Origin: an uncultured virus (IMG/VR IMGVR_UViG_3300042883_000765) | Taxonomy: Duplodnaviria > Heunggongvirae > Uroviricota > Caudoviricetes | Strand: one strand, 5' to 3' | Virus record (IMG/VR): IMGVR_UViG_3300042883_000765 | Length of the DNA: 64,000 bases | Part shown: piece by piece, positions 27,455-37,466 of the stretch | Position numbering within the stretch: the first letter of the stretch is position 1 | Layout of the letters: each line of letters starts with the position of its first letter | Translations under genes and position numbers: made by a program | The notes under the pieces: generated by a model | Database searches by the model: none | What the model was told of the DNA's origin: nothing | Seen by the model: only the letters and a program-made list of their open reading frames with translations

Positions 27455-27520
27455 TTGTTATCGCAATAACAGTACTTTCTAGGCTCTGATAACCTTTCCT
27501 TCCCAGTAGAAGGAGAGAGT

Positions 27521-27679
27521 ATGCGCCCGTCAGATGCCGCATTAATTACACAATATCTTACGAGACTTGCGCCTCGTGGTCACACAGAGGAGCAAGAGGT
27601 GCTACGGTTGATATCAGTTCTTGGAGGAATCCAGAAAATGTCACACAATAAGGAGCAGAAAGTTGAGCGAGTTAAGTAA
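27521..27679 (+). CDS. Small hypothetical protein (52 aa; not in ORF track)
   Basis: AAGGAG SD; MRPSDAALITQYLTRLAPRG... Confidence 0.65.
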   Translation: MRPSDAALITQYLTRLAPRGHTEEQEVLRLISVLGGIQKMSHNKEQKVERVK

Positions 27680-27929
27680 TGAATTGCTCTCGCGTGGTCC
27701 AATTAATTGGGGGTGTGGTATTGCCACTCTCAGGGACGAACTTCACGGAGATGAACTAACCGCACTAAATACTGCATTAGAAAGAATTATGACTGACCCC
27801 GGTAAGGGTAGGTCTAAGGTATATTCTTCTATGTGGTTAGCGAATGTGCTAGTTAAGCACGGACATCAAATTAGCCGAAGCACCATAGAACGACATATAA
27901 AGGGGAAGTGCAGTTGTGGCAAGCCTTAG
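27663..27929 (+). CDS. Small HTH/Zn-binding-like protein
   Basis: TTG start after AAGGAG; ISRSTIERHIKGKCSC. Confidence 0.6.
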   Translation: MSELSNELLSRGPINWGCGIATLRDELHGDELTALNTALERIMTDPGKGRSKVYSSMWLANVLVKHGHQISRSTIERHIKGKCSCGKP

Positions 27930-29061
27930 TGATGATCTAGGAACACCCCCAGCAAAAGCAACATTGGGAAAGATTGCGGAGTTATTAAACCGCAATAACA
28001 TTGATGTTGAAGAAGTGGGATCAATCAAGCGCGTATCCCTCTACCAGTCACTCACTAAGAATGACCAAGGTCAGGCTGAGGTTCACGACCTCATGGGTAT
28101 CCAATTCAATCCCAAGTGGGCTGAAGGACCTGATTGGCCCGTGGTACAACCAGGGCCGTCAATCAAACTCCCAGTACGCAAAGTAATACAAAGTAATACA
28201 GAGGGATACAAAGTAGCGGTTATCCTCCCTGACATGCAGATCGGTTACTACCGAAATGCTGACGGGAGTCTTGAACCCACCCATGACGAAGAGGCTCTCT
28301 CTATCTCCATGGCGATTATCAAGAAGTTGAACCCTGACCGAATCATCATGGTCGGTGACAACCTTGACTTTCCTGAGTTCGGTAAGTACCGTCTCAGCCC
28401 AGCATATGCAATTACCACTCAGGCGTCTATTGACCGCGCTACGACTCTGTGCGCTGAGTTACGAGCCGTCGCACCAAACGCCGTCATAGATTGGATTTCA
28501 GGTAACCATGAAGAACGCCTCGTCAACTTCATCTTGGACAATGCAAAGGTTTCGTTCGGCTTGCGTCGGGGGAACACTCCGGATTCTTGGCCTTGCCTTA
28601 GTGTGCCTTACCTATGCCGTTTCAATGATTACGGGGTTAATTATGTGGCTGGCTACCCTGCTGGACAAGTATGGATTAATCAAAGGCTCAAAGTCATCCA
28701 CGGAAACAAGGTCAGGTCTAACGGTTCAACCGCCCACGCCTACCTCAACGACAGCAAGGTATCCGTCATCTACGGGCACATTCACCGTAGGGAATGGGCT
28801 GAACGGTCACGAGAAGACTGGGATGGGGCAAAGACCATCATGGCGGCGTCCCCAGGGACACTAGCCCGCTGTGACGGTGCCGTACCCAGCACTAAGGGCG
28901 GTATTGACCTAGACGGTCGCCCAATGACCATTGTGGAGGACTGGCAACAGGGTCTAGCGGTTGTATCTTATGAGGATGGTGAAGGCGCCTTTTGGTATGA
29001 ACAGATACCTATCCATAATAAGACCGCTTTTTTCCGTGGTAAGGTTTACTCTCCGGAATGA
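27916..29061 (+). CDS. Calcineurin-like metallophosphoesterase
   Basis: PDMQIG, GDNLD, GNHE, HG and GHIH motifs. Confidence 0.9.
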   Translation: MASLSDDLGTPPAKATLGKIAELLNRNNIDVEEVGSIKRVSLYQSLTKNDQGQAEVHDLMGIQFNPKWAEGPDWPVVQPGPSIKLPVRKVIQSNTEGYKVAVILPDMQIGYYRNADGSLEPTHDEEALSISMAIIKKLNPDRIIMVGDNLDFPEFGKYRLSPAYAITTQASIDRATTLCAELRAVAPNAVIDWISGNHEERLVNFILDNAKVSFGLRRGNTPDSWPCLSVPYLCRFNDYGVNYVAGYPAGQVWINQRLKVIHGNKVRSNGSTAHAYLNDSKVSVIYGHIHRREWAERSREDWDGAKTIMAASPGTLARCDGAVPSTKGGIDLDGRPMTIVEDWQQGLAVVSYEDGEGAFWYEQIPIHNKTAFFRGKVYSPE

Positions 29062-29075
29062 TTGGTGGGGGTCGT

Positions 29076-29357
29076 ATGTCTGACAAGGAAAACCTTAAGG
29101 CAGTTGTTGTCGTTTGGGATGACGCCTTTGACGGACCTGGTGGTTGGATTGACCCAGCCAAATACGAACCACGCATTATTGACCCCATTACTATTGGCTG
29201 GGTTATAGATGAATATGCCGAGAAGTACCTGACCTTGTACTCGTCCTTCTATTATGACGATGATGGTATACTTATTTGTTCAAATCCTATGCATATTCCT
29301 CGTGGTATGATTAGGTCTATTACTCCCGTAAAGATAAAGAAGTCAGGGGACAGTTGA
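29076..29357 (+). CDS. Conserved phage hypothetical protein (WxDA family)
   Basis: VVVWDDA..W..TIGWVI..IPRGMI. Confidence 0.7.
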   Translation: MSDKENLKAVVVVWDDAFDGPGGWIDPAKYEPRIIDPITIGWVIDEYAEKYLTLYSSFYYDDDGILICSNPMHIPRGMIRSITPVKIKKSGDS

Positions 29358-30004
29358 TGGGTCTACGCCGTAGGAATAGAGGATCACGCGCTGATACTCG
29401 TCGTGGTGAATTGTCACCCGCTGAAATTGCAAAGCATGGACCACAAAAGCCTGATGATGGGTTTTCTATACGCACATCTGGTCGTGGTGCAGGTGGTCCT
29501 GCTCGTAATGTTCTTTCTGTTGGTTATGCACCCGAATCAGGTCGCGGGGCTGAAGTTCCAGTAGACCCCTCTGAACCTGCAACTACCCAACTTCTTGACT
29601 TTAACCGACGAAACGCAGATGTACTGGGTTCCCCAGGCGCAAATATGATTCAAGGTGGCTGGCATGACCCGTCAACTGGCATTGTCCAGCAAGATACCTC
29701 TGTAGCACTACCAAAAACTGCTGGTGGTCTTGAAGCCGCTATGCAAATTGGGGCATTGGGTCGTCAAGATTCCATAGGGAATGTTGGCCCTAATGCCAAA
29801 ACCCCATATATCGGTGACATAAAAATCCCTACGCACCTACATCCAGAGCAATTTTGGCATGAGGGAACTTCACCCCTTGTGACAGACAAGGGCATTGACC
29901 CCACATCGGGACGACGCCGTGTAAGCATTCTTCCACCTCGTCAAGAAATGGTCGGCGTAGAAGCATCAATTTTAGCCGAACAACTCGGATTACCTAAGGA
30001 TTAA
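29357..30004 (+). CDS. SAM lyase (T3 SAMase)-like protein
   Basis: GGWHD..QQDTS..AMQIGALGRQDSI parallels the recalled SAMase pattern GxY/WxE..ExS/T..QDxV/I. Confidence 0.45.
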   Translation: MGLRRRNRGSRADTRRGELSPAEIAKHGPQKPDDGFSIRTSGRGAGGPARNVLSVGYAPESGRGAEVPVDPSEPATTQLLDFNRRNADVLGSPGANMIQGGWHDPSTGIVQQDTSVALPKTAGGLEAAMQIGALGRQDSIGNVGPNAKTPYIGDIKIPTHLHPEQFWHEGTSPLVTDKGIDPTSGRRRVSILPPRQEMVGVEASILAEQLGLPKD

Positions 30005-30009
30005 CCCCA

Positions 30010-31683
30010 ATGCCCGTTGACTTTTGGTCACCATCCTATAGAGCATCATCCAGTGACCTCACGGTTTCTATCTCGCCTTTGGGCTTGGTGGAATTAGCCG
30101 ATGAGGAATTTGAAGTACATGGACCGCGCCTAAACCGCTATTCATCGTGCTGGGCATGGTACCTCGGTCACCACTGGTCTTACCGTCGTGAGATGGGCGA
30201 ACAGAACATCACGATGAACTATGTCCGCACCATGTCGGACTACATCACTAACTTCTGCTTTGGTAAGGGTATCCAGTTCAAAACGCCAGAACAGAACGCA
30301 GCCATTATTCCGCATTTGCTACAAACAGTATGGGAACAACATAACTCTAAGCACTATGTCTTATGGGAAATGGGTCAATTGGCTGGTGTAACTGGTGACT
30401 GCTTCGTCAAAGTCGCCTACGAAGAACCCTTTATTGACTCTGCTGGTATTACCCATGCTGGTCGTATCCGTATTATCCCGCTGAACCCAGCGCATTGTTT
30501 CCCCGAGTATCACCCACACGACCGTGATCGCATCCTGCGGTTCAAGTTGAAGTACCGCTTTTGGGGCACCAGCCCTGAGGGCACCCGTCAGGTGTACACC
30601 TTTACCGAAATCCTGACTGAGGATTCCGTAGAGCAGTACATTAATGATGAACTGATTGATCAGTACGACAATGCAATTGGTGTTATCCCGATTGTCCATA
30701 TCCCTAACATGACTATCTCGTCATCACCATGGGGTCAGTCAGACATTTGGGACATCATCTCTCTGAACCGCGAACTAAACGAAAAGATGACCGAAGTATC
30801 GGACATCATCAACTACCACGCCGCACCAGTCACTATCATCACTGGCGCCAAGGCAAGCCAGTTGGAGCGTGGACCTAAGAAGGTCTGGGCTGGTCTTCCT
30901 AAGGAAGCCAGTGTGTTCAACCTTGAATCCAGCGGAAACATGGCTGGTGCACTGGAATACATTCAGTTCATTAAGCGCGCCATGCATGAAATTACTGGCG
31001 TACCTGAAACAGCCTTAGGTCAGTTCCAACCAGTCTCTAATACATCAGGCGTGGCATTGGCTATCCAATACCAGCCAATGATGAATAAGTACAACCAAAA
31101 GAAGATTCACTTCACTAAGGGTCTAGAAAAGATCAATGAAGTAATCATCCGTACTGCGGCTGTCTTTGAATCGCAAATGCTTCAGTACAACCCAAGCCTT
31201 GCGGCAATGCCCGAACCTGACCAGGCATACGAACTTGACCCCGCCGACCCCGTTACCTACCAGACTCAAGTCCACTGGCCTGAGCCATTGCCTGTTGATG
31301 TTCTTATCAAACTTAACGAAGTTCAAGCCAAGATGGCTCTTGGTTTAGAATCCAAGGAAGGTGCATTGCGCGCTCTTGGTGAAGAGTTCCCACGAGAGAA
31401 ATTGCTTGAAATCTTTGAGGAATTGCGTGACGACGCATTGGACCAAGGTGCACTAGATATGGTGCGCGCTCAAATACAACAGGCAGTAATGATTACTACT
31501 GGTATTTTCCCCGGACAAGGTGGAGAGAATAGTGTAGTATCTGGTGGTGAAAACACAGCCGAAGGACAAGCAGGTCCTCCTATGGGAGAGATCGGTGACG
31601 CCGAAGGACAGATGATTAACAACATAATCCAACGAGCATACGGAGCAAGGCTTGCCCAGCGTCGTGTGCCCGACGAAGAATAA
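30010..31683 (+). CDS. Portal protein (SPP1 gp6-like)
   Basis: IPIVHIPN..WGQSD..SGVALAI; size and position. Confidence 0.9.
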   Translation: MPVDFWSPSYRASSSDLTVSISPLGLVELADEEFEVHGPRLNRYSSCWAWYLGHHWSYRREMGEQNITMNYVRTMSDYITNFCFGKGIQFKTPEQNAAIIPHLLQTVWEQHNSKHYVLWEMGQLAGVTGDCFVKVAYEEPFIDSAGITHAGRIRIIPLNPAHCFPEYHPHDRDRILRFKLKYRFWGTSPEGTRQVYTFTEILTEDSVEQYINDELIDQYDNAIGVIPIVHIPNMTISSSPWGQSDIWDIISLNRELNEKMTEVSDIINYHAAPVTIITGAKASQLERGPKKVWAGLPKEASVFNLESSGNMAGALEYIQFIKRAMHEITGVPETALGQFQPVSNTSGVALAIQYQPMMNKYNQKKIHFTKGLEKINEVIIRTAAVFESQMLQYNPSLAAMPEPDQAYELDPADPVTYQTQVHWPEPLPVDVLIKLNEVQAKMALGLESKEGALRALGEEFPREKLLEIFEELRDDALDQGALDMVRAQIQQAVMITTGIFPGQGGENSVVSGGENTAEGQAGPPMGEIGDAEGQMINNIIQRAYGARLAQRRVPDEE

Positions 31684-31736
31684 AACCGTTATTTAACAAT
31701 TGCTAATAAAAGCCCAACAACAAAGAGGTAAGGAAA

Positions 31737-32522
31737 ATGAGTAACGCCTTTAATGGTGACGGGATTATGATCCCCGTTGAAAGCACACCCCAAGAACAGC
31801 AAACCCCCAAGACTGAGGGTCGCGTGTTCTCTGAGACTGAGGTTGAAGCAATTCGCCGTCAGGAGAAGGACAAGTTGTACCGACGCGTTGAAGACGCTGA
31901 CGGTCGTGTCAAGACCCTTGAGGAGCAATTGAGCATCATCGCTCAGGAGCGCGAAGCCGCTCGCAAAGAAGCCGATGAGCGCGCCAAGACTGAGGCTGAA
32001 ATCCTCCGCCAGCGCGAAATCCAAGAACTCAGCGCAAAAGAACTCCTCGCCAAGCGCGAAGATGAGTTCAACCAACGCATTAACCAGGTTGAGCAGGAAT
32101 GGCGTTCCAAGTTTGAAGACATGGAACAACAGCGCCAGGTGCAGGAAGCGCTTCTTGAAAAAGAACGCCGCATCCAGCAAATTGAGTCTTATCGTCAGCG
32201 TCGTTTGACGGAAGAACAAGAAACAATTATCCCGGAATTGATTGACCTCATTGCGGGTAATAGTGAAGAAGATATTGAAAACAGTATTGCAGTACTTCGT
32301 GATCGTAGTAGTGCTATAATTGAATCAATCCAACAGGCAACCTCACAAAGTGGTCGTCTGCGGGGACCGCAGGTAACTGCGCCCCCGACTGGGCCAATGG
32401 ACAACCAACAGGAATACCAAACGATGTCTGCGGATGATATCCGTAATATGCCGATGGATCAGTACACGAAAATGCGCGAACGGCTCATGCAAGCGACTCG
32501 GAACTCCCGAGGCCGTTTCTAA
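31737..32522 (+). CDS. Capsid scaffolding protein
   Basis: Charged coiled-coil between portal and major capsid gene. Confidence 0.8.
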   Translation: MSNAFNGDGIMIPVESTPQEQQTPKTEGRVFSETEVEAIRRQEKDKLYRRVEDADGRVKTLEEQLSIIAQEREAARKEADERAKTEAEILRQREIQELSAKELLAKREDEFNQRINQVEQEWRSKFEDMEQQRQVQEALLEKERRIQQIESYRQRRLTEEQETIIPELIDLIAGNSEEDIENSIAVLRDRSSAIIESIQQATSQSGRLRGPQVTAPPTGPMDNQQEYQTMSADDIRNMPMDQYTKMRERLMQATRNSRGRF

Positions 32523-32565
32523 AACCAAATAACCCAACAACTAACTATCCACGGAGGATATTAAA

Positions 32566-33675
32566 ATGGCCCTTCCCGCCCCAGTAGGAGGTGCGATTAC
32601 CGGAGCAGGTCTTGGTTCAATTACCACGACCGGTTATTCCAGTGACGCAACTCTTTCACCCGCAATTCAACAAATTTGGTCCAAGGAAATCTTGTTCCAA
32701 GCCATGCCAGTTCTGCGCTTTGAGCAGTTCGCAGTAAAGAAGACCGAATTGGGCGTTCAGCCTGGTTTGACCATCAACTTCATGCGATACAACAACCTCA
32801 GCGTTGACGAATCAGCAGGCGCCACGCTCACTGAAGGTGTGCGTATGGAGCCTGTCGCATTGTCAGCAAGCCAGATTCAGATCACAGTGACCGAACATGG
32901 TCAGGCAGTTGCCGTTACGGAACTCTTGCTTAATGCGGCATTTGACGATGTCATGGCTTCGTCTTCACGCTTGCTCGGTCGCCACATGGCACAGAGCATG
33001 GACATCCAGGCCCGTAACACGCTGTACAAGGCTGGCGTTCCTTTCGGTGGCGGCTCTGCTGTCGCTCCGTCAGTTGTCTTCGGTCGCACCGCCGCTTCGG
33101 CTCGTGGCGCACTCAGCCCGTACGACGCTGGTACCCTCGGCTCGGCTTCTGCACCTGGCTACCTCTCGCCTGCTTCCATCAAGGACGCAGTTGAAGTTCT
33201 TGCTGGTCAGAACATCCCGCGTTTGGGCGACACCTATGTCTGCTTCGTTCACCCCGCACAGGCTCGTTCGCTCCGCGACTGGCCCGAATTCATTGAAGTC
33301 ACGAAGTACGCCGCACCTGGCAACTTCATGCTCGGTGAAATCGGTCGTATCTACGATGTCGTGTTCATTGAAACCACGCAGGTCAAGAAGGGCTTGGACG
33401 CAACTGCGTCTGGCGCCCCGTTGTACGAACTTGGCGCAACCCTTGACAGCAACGCTTCGGCGGGCTTCCAAGAGAACGCTGACGCTTACAACGCCATCAT
33501 GATCGGTGACAACGCATTTGGTCACGCCATTGCATTGCCAGTGGAACTCCGTGACGGTGGTGTCATTGACTTCGGTCGTGAACACGGTTTGGCTTGGTAC
33601 GCAATTTGGGGCTTCGGAGTTATTACTCACGAATCCCGCGTTGTTATCAACACCCTCGGTGGTTCAATTTCCTGA
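32566..33675 (+). CDS. Major capsid protein (N4-gp56-like)
   Basis: LRFEQFA..G.TINF.RY..LTEG..GEIG..V.FIET..DFGR..LAWY; strong SD. Confidence 0.93.
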   Translation: MALPAPVGGAITGAGLGSITTTGYSSDATLSPAIQQIWSKEILFQAMPVLRFEQFAVKKTELGVQPGLTINFMRYNNLSVDESAGATLTEGVRMEPVALSASQIQITVTEHGQAVAVTELLLNAAFDDVMASSSRLLGRHMAQSMDIQARNTLYKAGVPFGGGSAVAPSVVFGRTAASARGALSPYDAGTLGSASAPGYLSPASIKDAVEVLAGQNIPRLGDTYVCFVHPAQARSLRDWPEFIEVTKYAAPGNFMLGEIGRIYDVVFIETTQVKKGLDATASGAPLYELGATLDSNASAGFQENADAYNAIMIGDNAFGHAIALPVELRDGGVIDFGREHGLAWYAIWGFGVITHESRVVINTLGGSIS

Positions 33676-33693
33676 TTCTTAGAATCAAACTAA

Positions 33694-33733
33694 TGTTGGT
33701 GGTGGGGGAGAAATCCCCCACCATTAATAATTT
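33694..33733 (+). terminator. Stem-loop after the major capsid gene
   Basis: TGGTGGGGGA-GAAA-TCCCCCACCA, extendable by G-U pairs. Confidence 0.7.
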
Positions 33734-33759
33734 CATAAAACAAACAATAGGAGAAACCC

Positions 33760-34029
33760 ATGACATCGCGTAAAAATACGATGGCTTTTGCAGAACAACA
33801 AGATGACATTGATGAAGCAGTGGAAGTCTTGGAACAAACACCTAAGGCAGTAGCACCAGCCACTGCAAGTAACTCTGATGACAACTTCGTTGTTGCCCGC
33901 GTTAAGGGAACATGGAAGATGTATTGGGGTCGCACTACTTTTGATTTTGTAGATGGTAAGCGCTACAAACTCCCCCGTGACTTGTACGACTACCTCGTTC
34001 GTCACTCCAACATCTACGACACCGTTTGA
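33760..34029 (+). CDS. Small head-associated hypothetical protein
   Basis: AGGAG SD; follows the major capsid gene. Confidence 0.7.
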   Translation: MTSRKNTMAFAEQQDDIDEAVEVLEQTPKAVAPATASNSDDNFVVARVKGTWKMYWGRTTFDFVDGKRYKLPRDLYDYLVRHSNIYDTV

Positions 34030-34037
34030 GGTAACTA

Positions 34038-35483
34038 ATGGCACTGATCGTCCCCAACGCTACTGCGACAGGGTCTTCTAACAAGTATTCAAACATTAAC
34101 CAAGCCGAACCCGACTCGGTTGACTTTGAAGCACTTGGGAACACTCTGAACTATATCCGTAGTGGCGGTGGGGTTACGGTTGCAGATGGCAACACAGTAA
34201 ATGTTGCCGCTGGTGTAGCCATTATTAATGGAGTGCCCTACTCTTTTGCGGCGGACAATTTTCTCTCCACCCAAGCCACTCAGACACGGTTTGACCTTGT
34301 TGTGGTTCGTCTAGCAGGAAGTACCGCCGCACTTACGGTGGTAGCGGGCGTTGAGAACGATACTAACCCTACGCTCCCACAGAGTACTAACACTCTTGCT
34401 AGTGGAACTAGTCCTTTAGTTGGTTCTAATTATTACCCAAGTACTGATGCTCTGATTGCGACTGTATATCGTATCCCATCGGGTTCCTTAACTGACGCAA
34501 ATATTGTGGACAAGCGCATCATAAACTCAGCGCCCGTTACCTATGCATCTGCGTCTGCTCCTACAACTAATGCTAAGGATGTCATTGGAGATACTGTTAT
34601 CTCTGGTGGCGTTACTTATGTTAGAACGACCTCGGGTGGCTGGTCGGCATTGTCAACAACGGTTGATGTTGAAGGAGCAAAGATTCCCATTGGTGGCATT
34701 TTTGCCTTTGCTGGTACGCATAACACCACCGCCTCCCCAAACGCCGCTTTTTATCTTGAGTGTAACGGTCAGGGATTATCTAAGAGTGGCGAATCTAATA
34801 AATATCTATCATTATTTAATGCTATTGGTTATTCTTTTCCTAATCCATCTACTGGTTTATTCCCAACTAGTGGAGATACTTTTTACTTACCAAACTTAAC
34901 TGGTGAAACTGGTGTAGTTGGGGCAACCTCAGCAGAAATCAGTACTAACGGTAAGGTAGCCAGTTCAGCAAATACGGCTACCCTAGACCTCGCTAAACTT
35001 CCCGCCCACGACCATACATACAGCACCGTTGTTGGTAACAAATCTGGAACAACGAGTTTTGGTAATATTACTGGTAACCCTGCAACTAACTACTCTTTAA
35101 CTGGGAGTATGTCTGGTACTGGACATGCTCACTATACCTATGGTGGTGTACCAGGTGGTACTAAGTATTTTGCTATCAGATCATCAATTCCGCTAAATAC
35201 ACCCCACTATGAAGCGGATTATTATCCTGGTAATTACGGTGGTACTGGAATGGTTCTTACATCAGATTCACCTACGGACATTACAACTGGCACTACTAGT
35301 TCTGGTGGCACCCCCACAGTTACACTACCAACATCAGTTAATATTACTGTTCCTGTTGGTAGTACAACTACTACTATTGATGTGGGTACTGTTGCAGGTA
35401 CTACGGCCCCTAATGGTTCTACTAGTGCATTCAGTATCCTTTCTAAAAGCATTCGCGTTCGCTGGTTTATTCGCCACACATGA
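34038..35483 (+). CDS. Tail-collar-domain fibre protein
   Basis: PIGGIFAFAG..LECNGQ..Y.SLFNAIG..TFYLPNL. Confidence 0.8.
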   Translation: MALIVPNATATGSSNKYSNINQAEPDSVDFEALGNTLNYIRSGGGVTVADGNTVNVAAGVAIINGVPYSFAADNFLSTQATQTRFDLVVVRLAGSTAALTVVAGVENDTNPTLPQSTNTLASGTSPLVGSNYYPSTDALIATVYRIPSGSLTDANIVDKRIINSAPVTYASASAPTTNAKDVIGDTVISGGVTYVRTTSGGWSALSTTVDVEGAKIPIGGIFAFAGTHNTTASPNAAFYLECNGQGLSKSGESNKYLSLFNAIGYSFPNPSTGLFPTSGDTFYLPNLTGETGVVGATSAEISTNGKVASSANTATLDLAKLPAHDHTYSTVVGNKSGTTSFGNITGNPATNYSLTGSMSGTGHAHYTYGGVPGGTKYFAIRSSIPLNTPHYEADYYPGNYGGTGMVLTSDSPTDITTGTTSSGGTPTVTLPTSVNITVPVGSTTTTIDVGTVAGTTAPNGSTSAFSILSKSIRVRWFIRHT

Positions 35484-35635
35484 GTGATACGCCTATTGAA
35501 CCAATTGAAAATGTTGCCGCGGAGCAGATCATTCTGAAGCGCGGTTTTATGGTCCACCGACTGCGTGATACCCAACCTGGCGTTAATCAGGCCGCCCAAG
35601 ACTCAATTCCGGGAGCAGGTTCCGGCGATCAATAG
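35480..35635 (+). CDS. Small hypothetical protein (51 aa; not in ORF track)
   Basis: ATGA overlap; MSDTPIEPIENVAAEQIILKRGF... Confidence 0.55.
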   Translation: MSDTPIEPIENVAAEQIILKRGFMVHRLRDTQPGVNQAAQDSIPGAGSGDQ

Positions 35636-35649
35636 TAAGATAGGTGTTC

Positions 35650-36450
35650 ATGGCAACCATCACAGATGTTGAAACAATTGCAAGAACCTATCTACGAGAT
35701 TTCCCGAAGTTCTTTCAGGTATCTTTTCCCGTAGTAGGGCGTACATATGAGTTGGGTCATATCAACATTGACACCAGCACTATTTGGGTTGCCAAGTACT
35801 CAGGCTCAGGATCAGCCTCAACATTGGCTCCCAGCGAATACACGATTGACTCCCGTAATGGTGTTGTTCGTCTGTCTAACACCCTGTCGTCAAGCACCAC
35901 ATTGTTAGTTGAGGGTTACTATTATGAATGGGTTACCCCAGATGATCTTTCTTTTTACGCCCAGCGCGCCGTTGAAAAACACACGGTTAACCTAAAATAT
36001 AAACTTGAAGAAATGTCTGATGTTGTTATTAACGCCATCGGCATTGCCACGATCTGCGAAGCACTTTGGGCGCTAATGACTGAGTTCAGTCGTGACATTG
36101 ATGTTATGACCTCAGAATCAATCCACATCCCAGCCAGCCAGCGTTTCCGTATGGTGCAAGCATTACTGGCGCAGTGGGAAGGCGAATACAAGCGACATGC
36201 CGCCGCTCTTAATATCGGCTTTGACCGTATTGAAGTGTTCACCCTTCGCCGTAACTCGCGTACCACGAACTACCTTGTTCCCTTGTACCGCCCGCGCGAA
36301 CTTGGTGATTACACAATGCCTGAACGCCTATGGCCCACCATTGATGCAGGTATTGTGGAAACTGAGACTAAGGAAGAGGACCTCCGTACGGATGTTCTTA
36401 TTGACGGCGCAATTCCTACTGGATCATTCTCTAACATCGCGTATTACTGA
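35650..36450 (+). CDS. Head-tail adaptor/neck protein
   Basis: Position; D.DV..E..HIPASQRF motif. Confidence 0.65.
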   Translation: MATITDVETIARTYLRDFPKFFQVSFPVVGRTYELGHINIDTSTIWVAKYSGSGSASTLAPSEYTIDSRNGVVRLSNTLSSSTTLLVEGYYYEWVTPDDLSFYAQRAVEKHTVNLKYKLEEMSDVVINAIGIATICEALWALMTEFSRDIDVMTSESIHIPASQRFRMVQALLAQWEGEYKRHAAALNIGFDRIEVFTLRRNSRTTNYLVPLYRPRELGDYTMPERLWPTIDAGIVETETKEEDLRTDVLIDGAIPTGSFSNIAYY

Positions 36451-36455
36451 TAGCC

Positions 36456-36995
36456 ATGGATGTCCGCAGAGAGTTATCCGTTATCAGGAAGCATTACCGC
36501 TCATATCATTCTCAGGCTGGCGAAGCCATCGTATGGTATGAGTTTGTACCACTGGGCACTAGCGCCTCAGCATCCAGCCTCTACGATGATGTTTACGACG
36601 AAGGTACCTATGGTAATGGCGGTCGTCGCTACAAGACTGGTGTAGTCGTTCCTGTCTTGATGATTACGGAATCTGAGGATCAGAAGCGCGCTATTCCTGA
36701 GGGTCGTCAACCCACTCAATTAACTAACTTTGTGGCATCTATTGATGACTTCCGAGCCGCTGGTATTTCTGCCCCTTGGGAATATCAAAACCGCCTTAAC
36801 GACATGTTCCAGTATGACGGGCGCTATTTCAGCGTGGTGTCCTACCGAGTCCGTGGTCGCGCCCGAGATGATGTCATGCTCGTTGTTGAGGGTATTGAGA
36901 CCTACATCTCTCAGGAAATGGTTAATGATCCTGGTCCCGCGGCTTATTCAATTTCTGACCTTCCTTGGCCCACATCAATAGCAAATTTAGGATAA
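36456..36995 (+). CDS. Head-tail stopper-like protein
   Basis: Position in neck module; beta-rich. Confidence 0.6.
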   Translation: MDVRRELSVIRKHYRSYHSQAGEAIVWYEFVPLGTSASASSLYDDVYDEGTYGNGGRRYKTGVVVPVLMITESEDQKRAIPEGRQPTQLTNFVASIDDFRAAGISAPWEYQNRLNDMFQYDGRYFSVVSYRVRGRARDDVMLVVEGIETYISQEMVNDPGPAAYSISDLPWPTSIANLG

Positions 36996-37058
36996 AATAC
37001 ATGTATTGGAGATGCGCGTCTTCAATGCACATTGCCTAGATTCTCAAAGGAGGTAGTT

Positions 37059-37466
37059 ATGTCTTTCTATACCTTTGGCATCAAATCTATGGCTTATAGA
37101 GATTCTTTAATACCTATCTCTGATGATGATCCAATTGTTCAGATGTTTGAATTCTTTAATGGTAAGAACAATAAGTTTAATAAGGCTGTCATGGACGGTA
37201 TTAAAAAGTACGAAAAAGAGGCGCGCTCTAATCTAAGTATGTACCCCGAGTGGGCTGATATTGCTTCCCACCTCACGGTTGAACTCTCTACGGATGGTCA
37301 ATCACTTTCATATTCCGTACAGGGTGGCTCTGATATTGAGCAAAAGTACATGGAACTTGAGTATGGTGGTCCTAATAATGGTGCTGGTGGGCGTGTTCGT
37401 TCAATGGCAAATAGCGGAGACATTCTGGCTAAAATCCTAGACAATGCCCTAGAAGAGGTTATGTAA
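37059..37466 (+). CDS. Neck/tail-completion protein (HK97 gp10-like)
   Basis: LEYG motif; AAGGAGG SD before ATG 37059. Confidence 0.55.
   Translation: MSFYTFGIKSMAYRDSLIPISDDDPIVQMFEFFNGKNNKFNKAVMDGIKKYEKEARSNLSMYPEWADIASHLTVELSTDGQSLSYSVQGGSDIEQKYMELEYGGPNNGAGGRVRSMANSGDILAKILDNALEEVM

Noticed and set aside
30010..33675. Prohead protease gene in the head module
   Set aside because: Portal, scaffold and capsid genes are contiguous, and no protease motif was recognised in the window
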